From NCBI GenBank assembly GCA_900539225.1, contig UQBO01000001.1, forward strand, positions 169,771 through 233,770: DNA of 64,000 nucleotides, in the 5' to 3' direction. Numbering within the stretch: position 1 is the stretch's first letter; each line of letters opens with the position of its first letter. The notes under the pieces were generated by a model. That model did not search any database and was not told the origin of the DNA. It worked only from the letters and a program-made list of their open reading frames with translations. Shown piece by piece: positions 23,163 through 33,745 of the stretch. This stretch comes from an uncultured Eubacteriales bacterium. GTDB lineage: Bacteria; Bacillota; Clostridia; Tissierellales; Peptoniphilaceae. Position numbers and translations under genes: made by a program.

Positions 23163-24885
23163 AAGTAATTAATGCAGCAGTCATTGATAAAATTAAAGAA
23201 TTTAATAATATTGAAGATGTGATTGGAGAAAATATTAAGCTTGAGAAAAAAGGCACATCTTATACTGGTCTGTGCCCATTTCATAAAGAAAAGACTCCAT
23301 CCTTCCACGTTAATAGCAAGGACGGTTACTACAAGTGCTTTGGCTGCGGCGAAGCAGGCGACGTTATTACTTTTATAGAAAAGTATAAAAACTACTCTTT
23401 CCAAGAAGCAGTTGAGTACCTTGCAGATAGAGCAAATATAACGCTTCAAGAAGCAACAGCTAAAAAAAAACTGAAAATGATCTCATAGAGAAATTTTATG
23501 ATATCAATAAAACAGCTCTTGACTTCTTCCAAAATCAAATACTAAAGTCAAAAATTGCTATTGATTATTTGATGAAGAGGAAGCTAAATAAAGACACTGT
23601 ATTAAAATATCAATTAGGCTATGCACCAAACGAGTGGACAGCGCTTAAAGACTATTTACTAGGCAAAGGATATAATGAAGACTTTATTATAAGAGCAGGA
23701 CTTGCGAAGAGAAAAGAAGGAAAAGACAGTTCATATGACACTTTTAGAAACAGGTTAGTCTTTCCTATAGTGGACTCACGTAACCATGTTCTTGGTTTTA
23801 GCGCTAGAAGCTTGGATAATAGTATGCCTAAGTACTTAAACACTAGCGAAAATATAGTTTTTAAGAAGAGAGAATTATTATTTGGCTACAATATATATAA
23901 AAAAGAAGCTGATAGAGATAAAATACTATTGGTAGAAGGAAACATTGATGTAATGAGTCTTTATCAAGCGGGAGTTAATTACGCTGTTGCCAATCTTGGA
24001 ACTGCCTTTACCATAAACCAAGCTAATCTACTTAAAAGAAATGCTAAGAAGATTTATATCTGCTACGATGGTGACAAGGCAGGTAAAAACGCAACACACA
24101 AGGCGATTGAGATACTTAGGTCAATAGACGCTAAGGCAAATGTAGTTGAACTACCAGAGGGCCTTGATCCAGATGATTATATTAAGAAGTATGGTCTTGC
24201 TGGTTTTACGGCAAAGATAAATGAAGCAAAAAATTCTGTAGAGTACGAAGTTTCAGAGCTTATGGAGCTTTATGACATTAACGATCCTGAAAGCCTTCTT
24301 CAGCTTATCAATGAACTATCAGATTTATTATCAAAGATAAACGATAAGATTGAAAGAGAGATTTACATAGACTATATTTCCAGGGTCTACTCTATAGACA
24401 AGAGACTATTAACAAATCAAGTTTCAAAAACAAAGTACGTTAACAATTATAAAGAAAAATACACTGTACCAGAGGTACCAAGAATTAAAAAGTTAGATAT
24501 AGAAATTATCGATGAGAATCTTTTAATATATGCTCTTGCAGATATTAAATATTTTAAATATATTAATAAGGAAATTTCTATAGATAATTACAGTAAAGTG
24601 TTTAAACTTAATATGCCACTACTTAAGTCCAAATACGAGGGAAATGGCGAGATAGAGCTTGATGACTTTGATTTAGCTGATAAAGAAAATGCGCTTTTAG
24701 AGATTGATAGTATTAGAAAGAAATCGGAAGAATCTACTTACATGAATCTCGAAGAATTATTAGAAAAAAGAGAGAAGCTAAAATCAAAGGATTACGTAAG
24801 CGATTTATTGAGCCAGATTAATGATGGCAAAAGTGATGCGATGGAGCTTTTAAAATTAATTAAAAAGCAAAAAGATAATGAATGA
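23159..24885 (+). pseudogene. dnaG: DNA primase DnaG, interrupted by a frameshift at an A9 homopolymer (about 23462-23470). The N-terminal Zn-finger part (23159-23488) and the TOPRIM/C-terminal part (in frame from about 23472, ORF-track 23569-24885) are in different frames.
   Basis: Fragment 1 carries CPFHKEKTPSFHVNSKDGYYKCFGCGEAGDVITF. Translating across the A-run in the other frame gives ...AKKKTENDLIEKFYDINKTALDFFQNQILKSKIAIDYLMKRKLNKDTVLKYQLGYAPNEW..., which is continuous DnaG sequence. One extra A (A10) restores a single ORF of about 575 aa. Confidence 0.8.
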
Positions 24886-26156
24886 TGAAGGGAAGTGTTC
24901 TTATGAAGAAAGAAAAGAATGCTAAGACGAATAATATTCAAGAAGAAAATTTAAGTGAAGAGGCAATAAAGATAATAGAAGAAGAAGTCAGTGAAGAAAA
25001 AAGACAAGCTATGTATAATCTAATTGATGCTAGCAGACAAAAGGGGATTATCGAATATAGAGATATTGAAGATGGCTTGGACAAATATGATCTTAGTGAA
25101 GACGAGATTCTATCTTTCTACGACGCTTTAGATGCTGTGCAAATTACTATTGTCGACTCAAAAAACTCAGATGAAGAGGAGATAGATTTAGAAAAGGATC
25201 TTGATATTGTTTCTGATGATGAAGACGAAGATATTGATTTAGATGAATTAAGATCTTTTGAAGAAGAATTAAGCAAAGAAGATAAACTTGAAGCTATTAG
25301 AGAAAAAGGAAAAAACAAGGTTGTTATAACTGATGACCCTGTTAGAATGTATCTTAAAGAGATAGGACGTATACCACTATTAACTTATGAAGAAGAGGTA
25401 GAACTAGCTAAGAGGATTGAATCAGGAGATCAGCAAGCTAAGGATCAACTAGCTGAAGCAAACCTTAGACTAGTAGTAAGTATTGCCAAAAGATATGTGG
25501 GTAGAGGTATGCAATTTTTGGATTTAATCCAAGAGGGCAACATGGGCCTAATAAAGGCTGTTGACAAATTCGAGCATAAAAAAGGATTTAAGTTTAGTAC
25601 TTACGCTACATGGTGGATTAGACAAGCCATCACTAGAGCAATTGCAGACCAAGCAAGAACAATTAGAATACCAGTTCACATGGTAGAAACTATAAATAAA
25701 CTTGTTAGAGCACAAAGACAACTAGTCCAAGAACTAGGTAGAGACCCACTTCCAGAAGAAGTTGCAGAGCTTATGAACATGGATGTAGAAAAGGTAAGAG
25801 AAGTCCAAAAGATAGCTCAAGAGCCAGTCTCACTTGAAACACCTATAGGCGAAGAAGAAGATTCGCACTTAGGTGACTTCATTCCAGATGAAGAAATACT
25901 TTCACCATCTGATGCAGCTACAAACACTATGCTTAGAGAGCAATTGATTTCAGTTTTAGATACACTTACAGATAGAGAAAGAAAAGTTCTAGCCTTAAGA
26001 TTTGGCCTTGACGATGGCAGGACAAGAACGCTTGAAGAAGTTGGACAAGCCTTTGACGTTACAAGAGAAAGAATAAGACAAATTGAGGCAAAGGCACTAA
26101 GAAAGCTTAAACATCCAAGCAGATCTAAAAAGCTTAGAGACTTCCTAGAACTATAA
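24882..26156 (+). CDS. sigA: RNA polymerase primary sigma factor SigA/RpoD (the start may be the ATG at 24903)
   Basis: Region 2 [18 protein letters not shown]..., [26 protein letters not shown], region 4 [20 protein letters not shown]. Confidence 0.93.
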   Translation: MMKGSVLMKKEKNAKTNNIQEENLSEEAIKIIEEEVSEEKRQAMYNLIDASRQKGIIEYRDIEDGLDKYDLSEDEILSFYDALDAVQITIVDSKNSDEEEIDLEKDLDIVSDDEDEDIDLDELRSFEEELSKEDKLEAIREKGKNKVVITDDPVRMYLKEIGRIPLLTYEEEVELAKRIESGDQQAKDQLAEANLRLVVSIAKRYVGRGMQFLDLIQEGNMGLIKAVDKFEHKKGFKFSTYATWWIRQAITRAIADQARTIRIPVHMVETINKLVRAQRQLVQELGRDPLPEEVAELMNMDVEKVREVQKIAQEPVSLETPIGEEEDSHLGDFIPDEEILSPSDAATNTMLREQLISVLDTLTDRERKVLALRFGLDDGRTRTLEEVGQAFDVTRERIRQIEAKALRKLKHPSRSKKLRDFLEL

Positions 26157-26839
26157 TGAATTATTCTTTTAGACTTACTGAGATAGCAAAATCAGTTAAA
26201 GAAGGATCATCCTTAGTCGATGTTGGCTGTGATCACGGCTACATCGCTAAGATGCTTTTAGATTCAAATACCATAGTCAAAGTTATAGAGAGCGACATCA
26301 GTGAAAAATCACTTGAAAAGGCAAAGCTGCTTCTTTCAGGAGAAAAGTACATGGCCAAAGTTAAATTCATTGTGAGCGACGGACTCCTAGGCATTGACAC
26401 AAGCACTTATGACACACTATTAATTGCTGGCATTGGTGAAGAGACTATAATAAGTATACTAAATGAGAGCATTGATAAAGTAAGATCTTTTAAGCATATC
26501 ATCCTGCAAGCTATGGGTGAGGGCTCAAACATAAGAAAGTATTTTATGGAGAGTGATTTCTTTATAGAAAAAGAGCGCCTATTTATAGAAAAGGATAAAT
26601 ACTATAGACTATTTGAGATAAAGAGTAAAAAGACTAACGTTGCCGATTATAAATTCCCTGTAAATTTTGATATAAATGATATTTCTTACTTAAATACTTA
26701 TTATGACAATGAAATAAAAAACATAAAGACTATACTTCAAAAGATCAATAAAGAAAAAAATCTGATGAAGTATAATGAACTAGAAGAAGAATTAAATAAA
26801 ATATTAGGATACATGGAGAAGATCAATGAAAAAAGATAA
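26156..26839 (+). CDS. trmK: tRNA (adenine22-N1)-methyltransferase TrmK (YqfN family)
   Basis: VDVGCDHGYIAKML SAM motif; position after sigA. Confidence 0.75.
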   Translation: MNYSFRLTEIAKSVKEGSSLVDVGCDHGYIAKMLLDSNTIVKVIESDISEKSLEKAKLLLSGEKYMAKVKFIVSDGLLGIDTSTYDTLLIAGIGEETIISILNESIDKVRSFKHIILQAMGEGSNIRKYFMESDFFIEKERLFIEKDKYYRLFEIKSKKTNVADYKFPVNFDINDISYLNTYYDNEIKNIKTILQKINKEKNLMKYNELEEELNKILGYMEKINEKR

Positions 26840-27593
26840 AATTATTAGTGCAATTGAAAGTATCTTCCCAAAGGAACACGCAGAGACTTGGGACAATTCA
26901 GGATTGATTATAGATGCAGTTAAAGAAGATATTAATAAAATTTATTTAAGCGTTGATCTCTTATATGATAATATTAATGAACTGGATGATGTGGATATGG
27001 TCATAACGCATCATCCTTTAATTTTTAAGGGCATAAAAGAGATTGACATGAGCGCGAGCTCAAAGCTCATCAAGCATATGATTAAGCATGACATAGTCTA
27101 CTATAGCGCGCACACTTCTTTTGATATACAAAGAGCAGGCTTTTATAAATTTTATGAAAATAAATTAGACTTGGTGAATACAGATTTCGCCATCAAAGTA
27201 GATGATGACTTAGGTTATGGTATAGCGGGCGAGCTTAATGATATGGATATAATGAGTTTAGCTAATAGAATCAAAGTCATAAACAAGGCAAAGTACATTC
27301 AAGTTTATAAAAATAACGATAAGAATACAAGAGTAATGATATTAAATGGTAGTGGAAAAGATTTTTTAGACAATGTTCTTGAAAAAAGACCAGATACTCT
27401 TATAACATCAGACCTAGGCTACCACGATGTACAAGCACTAAGAAACGCAAAAATCAACTTAATTATGCAAGACCATAACAGCAGTGAAAGTAATTTCGTT
27501 AATATCATGGAAGAGCTTATCAAAAAAGATTTTGAAGACGCAGAAATCATAAAAAATTTCTCATCTTTTACTGATAATATTGAAATATTATAG
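26826..27593 (+). CDS. Nif3-family dinuclear metal-centre protein (YqfO)
   Basis: Conserved sigA-trmK-nif3 order; ITHHPLIF and YSAHTSFD motifs. Confidence 0.75.
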   Translation: MKKDKIISAIESIFPKEHAETWDNSGLIIDAVKEDINKIYLSVDLLYDNINELDDVDMVITHHPLIFKGIKEIDMSASSKLIKHMIKHDIVYYSAHTSFDIQRAGFYKFYENKLDLVNTDFAIKVDDDLGYGIAGELNDMDIMSLANRIKVINKAKYIQVYKNNDKNTRVMILNGSGKDFLDNVLEKRPDTLITSDLGYHDVQALRNAKINLIMQDHNSSESNFVNIMEELIKKDFEDAEIIKNFSSFTDNIEIL

Positions 27594-27631
27594 AAATTTT
27601 ATAGATTTTGTAGTATAATTAAATTTGTAAT

Positions 27632-27957
27632 GAGTAAACCAGATGGTTGCGTGCTTAGGCATGAGGAAAGTCCGTGCTCCGTAGAGCAGAATGCTGGATA
27701 ACGTCCAGTGAAGGTGACTTCAAGGATAGTGCAACAGAAATAAACCGCCATATTGGTAAGGGTGGAAAGGCAGTGTAAGAGACTACCTACTTTTAGGCGA
27801 CTAAAGGTGACATGTAAACCCCATTCGGAGCAAAACAAACAAGGATCAAAGGTTGCTGCTCGTAACCTCCTGTAAGGTAAGTTGCTTGATTTTAGTGGTA
27901 ACACTAAAACTAGATAGATAACCATCTAATACAGAACACGGCTTATAGGTTTACTCA
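27632..27957 (+). ncRNA. rnpB: RNase P RNA, bacterial type A
   Basis: GAGGAAAGTCCGTGCTCC (P4 5' strand), AGTGCAACAGAAATAAACCGCC, GGTAAGGGTGGAAAGG, GTAAACCCCATTCGGAGCAA and the 3' ACAGAACACGGCTTATAGG (P4 3' strand). P1 pairs GAGTAAACC (27632-40) with GGTTTACTC (27948-56). A TATAAT -10 lies at about 27613. Confidence 0.9.
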
Positions 27958-27989
27958 TTTACATAAATTTTCAACAAGGGAGCAATAAA

Positions 27990-28487
27990 ATGAAAGCAAA
28001 AACAAGTACAAAAACAATTACAAAAGCGGCAGTAATCGCCACACTATACACAATACTAATACTATTACAGACAGTATTACCTTTCCAACAATTGACTTTT
28101 GGACCAATACAATTAAGACTAGCAGAAGGACTTACAGTTCTTCCACTAATGGAGGCAGCTGCAGTACCTGGACTATTCGTAGGATGTTTAGTCTCAAACA
28201 TTTTTTTATCATTTATGTCGGGCTATGGCATGATAGATATTATATGCGGAAGTTTAGTTACATTACTCGCAGCATATTTAACTAGAAAAGCAAAATCTAA
28301 ATACTTAGCTATGTTACCACCAATTATTTTAAATGGTTTCTTAGTATCAATATGGGTGTCATATTTCTCTGGTATACCATATTTTACAACAGTTTTAGGA
28401 ATCATGGGTGGAGAAGCAATAAGCGTTGTAGTATTTGGATCATTGATTTATTATATTTACGATAAAAGATTAAAAAAGGTGATTTAA
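27990..28487 (+). CDS. Small 5-TM membrane protein, possibly a QueT-family (queuosine-precursor ECF S-component-like) transporter
   Basis: 165 aa, hydrophobic throughout, GGAG-type RBS. Assigned from memory of the family's size and topology only. Confidence 0.35.
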   Translation: MKAKTSTKTITKAAVIATLYTILILLQTVLPFQQLTFGPIQLRLAEGLTVLPLMEAAAVPGLFVGCLVSNIFLSFMSGYGMIDIICGSLVTLLAAYLTRKAKSKYLAMLPPIILNGFLVSIWVSYFSGIPYFTTVLGIMGGEAISVVVFGSLIYYIYDKRLKKVI

Positions 28488-29518
28488 TGAAAAAAAGAAG
28501 AATAATTACAATAACTGTACTTATACTTATAGTTCTTGCAATTATATGGAAGGTTAAGTCATGCATATCAGGCATGTATAAGCCTTATGACCCAAATGAT
28601 GATACTGAATACACTATAGAAATACCTGAAGGTAGCGGTGCGTCTTATGTAGCTAGAGAGCTTTATGAGATGAAAATCATTAGGAATGGTACTGCTTTTA
28701 AAGAAGTGCTAAAGGAGAATGACCTTGAAAAGCATATTAAGAGCGGTACATTTAAGGTGAAAAAATCTATGACTTTGCTAGAAATTGCTAATGTAATTGC
28801 TGGCGAAGCAGAAGAAGCTCCAAAGGGCGAAACTGTTAAAGTTACTATACCAGAGGGCTTTGAGCTTACTCGTATAGCACAAAGACTTGAGGAAAAGGGC
28901 TTAGTATCTAGCGAAGATTTTTTAAATGAATGCAAAAATGTAGATAAATACAAAGAAAAATATGAGTTTTTATCGAGCATTAATAATGATACATTAGAAG
29001 GCTTTTTGTTCCCAGCAACTTATGACATTGCCATGGGTTCAAGCAGTGAAGAGATTATCACTATGATGCTTAATGCTTTTAACAATATTTATAGCAAGAT
29101 TAGTGGGGAAGTTGATGACTTAAATAAGCTCATCACTTTAGCTTCAATTGTTGAGAGAGAAGCAAAACTTGAAGAAGAAAGACCTATCATTGCAAAAGTT
29201 TTCTTAAATAGAATTGATAAGAATATAAGGCTTCAATCCTGCGCTACAATTCAATACGCACTTGGCGAGAGAAAGCCTAATTTAAGTAATGAAGACTTAA
29301 AGGTTGATTCGCCATATAACACATACACACATGATGGCTTGCCACCTGCACCTATATGCAATCCTGGCGAAGCGTCAATCGTTGCGAGCCTTCATCCAGC
29401 TGATGTTGACTACTTATACTTTGTAGTTAAACCTGGTTCAGACGGCGCACATAATTTTTCTTCTGATTATAATAAGTTCTTAGATGATAAAAAGGATTAC
29501 AAGAGTAATAATGATTAG
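28487..29518 (+). CDS. mltG: Endolytic murein transglycosylase MltG (YceG-like)
   Basis: N-terminal TM anchor. YceG-like C-terminal region ...LQSCATIQYALGERKPNLSNEDLKVDSPYNTYTHDGLPPAPICNPG. Confidence 0.85.
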   Translation: MKKRRIITITVLILIVLAIIWKVKSCISGMYKPYDPNDDTEYTIEIPEGSGASYVARELYEMKIIRNGTAFKEVLKENDLEKHIKSGTFKVKKSMTLLEIANVIAGEAEEAPKGETVKVTIPEGFELTRIAQRLEEKGLVSSEDFLNECKNVDKYKEKYEFLSSINNDTLEGFLFPATYDIAMGSSSEEIITMMLNAFNNIYSKISGEVDDLNKLITLASIVEREAKLEEERPIIAKVFLNRIDKNIRLQSCATIQYALGERKPNLSNEDLKVDSPYNTYTHDGLPPAPICNPGEASIVASLHPADVDYLYFVVKPGSDGAHNFSSDYNKFLDDKKDYKSNND

Positions 29519-30152
29519 TCAGTTTATTGATGAAGATGTTTTTCGCTATGTAGAAGATTTTTCTTCTGAAAGAGAAAAGTTTAAAGATTTAGTCTGCTAT
29601 GCTGAAGAAAATAGAGTTCCTATAGTCTCACAGGATGTGGCTAGATTTTTAGAGTTTTTACTAAAAACGATTAAGCCTAAGAATATATTAGAGATAGGCT
29701 CGGCCATAGGCTATTCATCTTTGCTTATGCAAAAAGCATCTGGAGCTAATATATTTACTATTGAAAAAGATGAAGACACATTTAAGATACTAGAAAATAA
29801 TCTTAAAAAATATGATGAAGATAATAAGATAAAAGCTGTCAATGACGATGCCATGAGCGTATTAAGAAAGATGGACAGAGAAGAGAAATTTGATTTTTGC
29901 TTCATTGATGCTAACAAATCACAGTATGAAGAGTACTTAAACTTAGTATACGATTTAACAAGCAAGAATGCCATCATAGTTATTGACAATATCTTATTCA
30001 GAGGCTATGTAGCTAAAGACGAAGACAATAAAAGATATAGAACTATAATAAAGAATTTAAAAAAATTTATAGAAGATATTAAAAGCGATAAGAGATTTAC
30101 AGCGAGTCTACTCACTGTTCATGACGGCTTATTGCTTTTAAGGAAGGAGTAA
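29511..30152 (+). CDS. Class I SAM-dependent O-methyltransferase (YrrM/TrmR-like, tRNA mo5U34 methyltransferase family)
   Basis: ILEIGSAIGYSSLLM SAM motif and caffeoyl-CoA O-methyltransferase-like layout. Followed by a U32 peptidase, as in B. subtilis yrrM-yrrN-yrrO. Confidence 0.7.
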   Translation: MISQFIDEDVFRYVEDFSSEREKFKDLVCYAEENRVPIVSQDVARFLEFLLKTIKPKNILEIGSAIGYSSLLMQKASGANIFTIEKDEDTFKILENNLKKYDEDNKIKAVNDDAMSVLRKMDREEKFDFCFIDANKSQYEEYLNLVYDLTSKNAIIVIDNILFRGYVAKDEDNKRYRTIIKNLKKFIEDIKSDKRFTASLLTVHDGLLLLRKE

Positions 30153-30153
30153 G

Positions 30154-31389
30154 ATGAAAAAAGTAGAATTACTAGCACCAGCAGGAGACTTAGAAAAGTT
30201 TAAAACTGCGATACAATATGGAGCTGATGCTGTTTACTTAGCTGGAGACAAGCTAGGTTTAAGAACTGCTTCTAAAAATTTTAGCCTAGATAATATAAAG
30301 GAAGCAACAAAGCTTGCTCATGATTTAGATAAAAAAGTTTATTTAACACTTAATGTTATTTCACACAACAAGGATCTAGAAGGTGTTGATGAGTATATAC
30401 AAAGCTTAGATGAAGCAGGTGTAGACGCATTTATAGTCTCAGACCCGGGTATATTTCAAAAGGTAAAAACACTTGCGCCAAGTAAAGAGATTCATATAAG
30501 CACTCAAGCAAATATCACAAATACTGCTACAGTAGAATTTTGGAAGATTCTTGGGGCAGATAGAGTTATCTTAGCAAGAGAATTAAGCGTAAATGAAATA
30601 AAAGAGATAAAAGATGAAGTGAAAGACAGTATAATGATTGAGACCTTTGTTCATGGAGCAATGTGCATGAGCTACTCAGGTAGATGCCTTTTATCAAACT
30701 ACATGACAGGCAGAAGCGCTAATATGGGCGACTGCGCACATCCATGTAGATACAAGTACTATCTTATGGAAGAGAAAAGACCTGGAGAGTACTTCCAAAT
30801 AACAGAGGATGAAAATGGTTCATACATCATGAACTCAAAAGACCTTTGCATGATTAACTACATTCCCGAGCTTATTGAAGCAGGAGTTGATTCATTCAAA
30901 ATTGAAGGAAGAGTAAAATCTGAATATTATGTAGCAACAGTCATTAACCAATATAGAAGAGCTATAGATGATTATTATGAAGATATTGAAAAATATAATT
31001 ACAATAGAGACAATAATATTTATCTAGAAGAGATAGAAAAAGTTAGTCATAGAGACTTTACTACAGCCTTTTTTTTTGGCGATGTGAAGGAAGCCTCATT
31101 AACTTATGATAATTCTTCATATATCAGACTATATGATTTCGTTGCGAAAGTTCTTGACTACGATGAAGACAAAAAGCTAATGAAGGTGCAAGAGAGAAAT
31201 AAATTCTCTATAGGCGACGAAGTAGAGATATTTGGACCAAAGTTTTATGACAAATTCACCATAAACGAGATCTACGATGAGGACATGAACGAGGTCGACA
31301 ATATAAATACACCTATGAAGGAAGCTTATCTAGCATATGATAAGAAGGTTGAATACAATTATATGATTAGAAGGAAGGTCAATGAATAG
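30154..31389 (+). CDS. Peptidase U32 family protein (TrhP/YrrO-like, tRNA U34 hydroxylation)
   Basis: MKKVELLAPAGDLEKFKTAIQYGADAVYLAG... and a 4-Cys cluster (CMSYSGRC...C..HPC), typical of U32. Confidence 0.8.
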   Translation: MKKVELLAPAGDLEKFKTAIQYGADAVYLAGDKLGLRTASKNFSLDNIKEATKLAHDLDKKVYLTLNVISHNKDLEGVDEYIQSLDEAGVDAFIVSDPGIFQKVKTLAPSKEIHISTQANITNTATVEFWKILGADRVILARELSVNEIKEIKDEVKDSIMIETFVHGAMCMSYSGRCLLSNYMTGRSANMGDCAHPCRYKYYLMEEKRPGEYFQITEDENGSYIMNSKDLCMINYIPELIEAGVDSFKIEGRVKSEYYVATVINQYRRAIDDYYEDIEKYNYNRDNNIYLEEIEKVSHRDFTTAFFFGDVKEASLTYDNSSYIRLYDFVAKVLDYDEDKKLMKVQERNKFSIGDEVEIFGPKFYDKFTINEIYDEDMNEVDNINTPMKEAYLAYDKKVEYNYMIRRKVNE

Positions 31390-32524
31390 ATTATCTTCTC
31401 TATATGATGATAAAGGCATACTAGAGATACAAAGCAGTAAAGCTGAAGAATTTATTAAAAATACTATAGACTACGCCATTGATAATAGAGCTAGCGATAT
31501 ACACTTTGAACCTTATAGTAAGTATATATTGATTAGGCTTAGAATTGATGGCGAACTTGTGTTTTTTAAAAAGATCAATAAAAGCTCTTATCAAAACATT
31601 GTCAATATAATCAAGATTAAGTCCGATTGTGATACTGCAATTAAATTTGCTCCACAAGACGGAAGATTTAGTCACGGCGATGTTGACCTAAGGGTTTCCT
31701 TTATCGAGGCTATTTATGGAGAGAAAATCTGTATAAGAATTTTAAACAATAAAGAGATGTTTACCATTGACAATATAGGTTTGTCGGACAAGGCAAAAGA
31801 ACTATTTAAAAAGATAGTTAAATATAAATATCAAATGACTATAATCACTGGACCAACAGGCTCAGGCAAGAACTCAACTATGTATACTATGCTTAACAAC
31901 TTAGACAAGGAGCGTCTAAGCATAGTTAGCGTTGAGGATCCTGTTGAGTACAGAGTTAACGATATTGATCAAATTGAAATACATGACTACAAGGACATAA
32001 CATTTGCCAATACACTTAGGGCCATACTTAGACAGGACCCTGATGTCATAGCCATAGGCGAAATAAGAGACGAAGAATCTGCACAGATAGCTGTAAGAGC
32101 TTCTCTAACTGGTCACAAGATTATTACGACTCTACATAGTATGAGCCCCGTAACTAGCATCAACAGACTTTTGGAGATGGATGTAGAGGCTTCGTATTTA
32201 TTTACCTCATTAAATGCTATAGTCAATCAACGTCTTGTGAAACGTTTAAAGTCATCGTATGATGATATTGATTTTACTGATGATACAAGTGACAGCGTGT
32301 ACTACGGTAGAATTGCTGTCTTTGAAATAATGCTTATCAATGACAAGATCAGAGACCTTTTATTAAAGAACAATACAAAGCTTACAAGTGAGATTTATAA
32401 TGAGATGAAGAAATTCACTGACTACGTTAGCTTTGAAGATTCTATAAATTATCTACTTGAGCATAAGTTTATAGACGATAAGACTTATGATGAGTTCAAA
32501 GAGGGCGATATCAATGAAATTTGA
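31382..32524 (+). CDS. Type II secretion / type IV pilus assembly ATPase (GspE/PilB/ComGA-like, short form)
   Basis: Walker A GPTGSGKNSTMYTM and the Asp box/His box; 380 aa, without a long N-terminal domain. Confidence 0.85.
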   Translation: MNRLSSLYDDKGILEIQSSKAEEFIKNTIDYAIDNRASDIHFEPYSKYILIRLRIDGELVFFKKINKSSYQNIVNIIKIKSDCDTAIKFAPQDGRFSHGDVDLRVSFIEAIYGEKICIRILNNKEMFTIDNIGLSDKAKELFKKIVKYKYQMTIITGPTGSGKNSTMYTMLNNLDKERLSIVSVEDPVEYRVNDIDQIEIHDYKDITFANTLRAILRQDPDVIAIGEIRDEESAQIAVRASLTGHKIITTLHSMSPVTSINRLLEMDVEASYLFTSLNAIVNQRLVKRLKSSYDDIDFTDDTSDSVYYGRIAVFEIMLINDKIRDLLLKNNTKLTSEIYNEMKKFTDYVSFEDSINYLLEHKFIDDKTYDEFKEGDINEI

Positions 32525-33731
32525 AATCACTTTTGAAGATGGAAGGACAAAAAGCTTAAGAGCTAAAAACATTTACGAAGCTTTTAAATTAACTAAAGAA
32601 AAAGATATTGATTTTATGCACGTCCAATACTTTAGGCCAGCGAAAATTTATAGAGCGCTTAAGATCAATAGTGTAAGCAAAAAGCATATTGCTAACTTCT
32701 TTAGAATCATCGCCTTTAATCTAAAGATAAATAATAACCTGCCACAAATTTTAGAGCAAATGTATAACAACTCATCAGCTCTTAGCGATCCACTTAAGAA
32801 TTATTATTTACTAATAAAGGAGCTTATAGAACACGGCTTTACTTTGTCAGATATATTGGCAAAGCTTGATATACTTGACAATCTATCTTTATTAAGTCTT
32901 AGGATAGCTGAAAAGTCAGAGCATATAAAGTCAAGCAAAAACTCAAAAGACTTGTCAGAGCAAATACTTGAGATCAGTGAAAATCTTTATGAACAAGAAG
33001 AGTATAAAAACACTATAAACAACATCATGACTAAGCCAAAGTTTTTAATGCTGACTTTACTTGCTTTTATAATTATGATTATAGTCTTCTTAGTGCCGCA
33101 ATTTTCTTATTTATTTGATAACGACATGAACTTAATGCCTGATAGCTTAAGAATACTTCTAGTCGTAAGCAATTCAATTAAAAATCATTACATATACTAT
33201 ATCGCGGCTATATTTATAATAATTATAGTTTTCGCGATACTTAATAAGAACGACGCATACTTATATATCAAGCAAAGATATTTACTCGAATCGAAGAACG
33301 GTTTATATAAATATAGAGTAAATTACAGAATTTTGTATTATATGCTTAGCATGCTTAGATCAGGCAGCAAAGTTAATGAAATTTTTGATTTCTTTGCAAA
33401 AAATTTTGATTTGGTATACTTAAGAAAAGAGTTCGAAAGAATGACTAAGATGTTAAATGAAGGAGAGACCTTGCAAAACGTTCTTGACTCTAGCCATATA
33501 TTTTTAGATGATGTCAAGACCATACTTATAACAGGATATGAATCAGAGCACTTAGTTGAAATTATTGAAAATGTTCTCTCACTATACAAGAGAGATTTAA
33601 AGAGAAGACTAGATAAGTTTGTAAATTCTATCGAGCCACTCATGACCATAATCATGGGACTAGTGATTATGCTAATACTCGTAATGGTATTTAAGCCGAT
33701 GTATGACTCGATGACTAGTATTATTTCATAG
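32487..33731 (+). CDS. Type II secretion system F-domain platform protein (PilC/ComGB-like); the start may be the ATG at 32514
   Basis: Two GspF-like repeats and three TM segments; position after the ATPase. Confidence 0.75.
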   Translation: MMSSKRAISMKFEITFEDGRTKSLRAKNIYEAFKLTKEKDIDFMHVQYFRPAKIYRALKINSVSKKHIANFFRIIAFNLKINNNLPQILEQMYNNSSALSDPLKNYYLLIKELIEHGFTLSDILAKLDILDNLSLLSLRIAEKSEHIKSSKNSKDLSEQILEISENLYEQEEYKNTINNIMTKPKFLMLTLLAFIIMIIVFLVPQFSYLFDNDMNLMPDSLRILLVVSNSIKNHYIYYIAAIFIIIIVFAILNKNDAYLYIKQRYLLESKNGLYKYRVNYRILYYMLSMLRSGSKVNEIFDFFAKNFDLVYLRKEFERMTKMLNEGETLQNVLDSSHIFLDDVKTILITGYESEHLVEIIENVLSLYKRDLKRRLDKFVNSIEPLMTIIMGLVIMLILVMVFKPMYDSMTSIIS

Positions 33732-33745
33732 GAGGAGGAAATATT

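Noticed and set aside
23072-23449. 125-aa minus-strand ORF
   Set aside because: It is antisense across the dgt/dnaG junction, with no RBS and no motif.
27599-27925. 108-aa minus-strand ORF
   Set aside because: It lies entirely inside the + strand RNase P RNA gene, so it is a spurious ORF.
27958-27989. Possible preQ1-I riboswitch upstream of the QueT-like gene (A-rich caacaagggag tail)
   Set aside because: Only the A-rich tail and Shine-Dalgarno resemblance is there. No convincing P1 stem-loop can be drawn in the 33 nt available.
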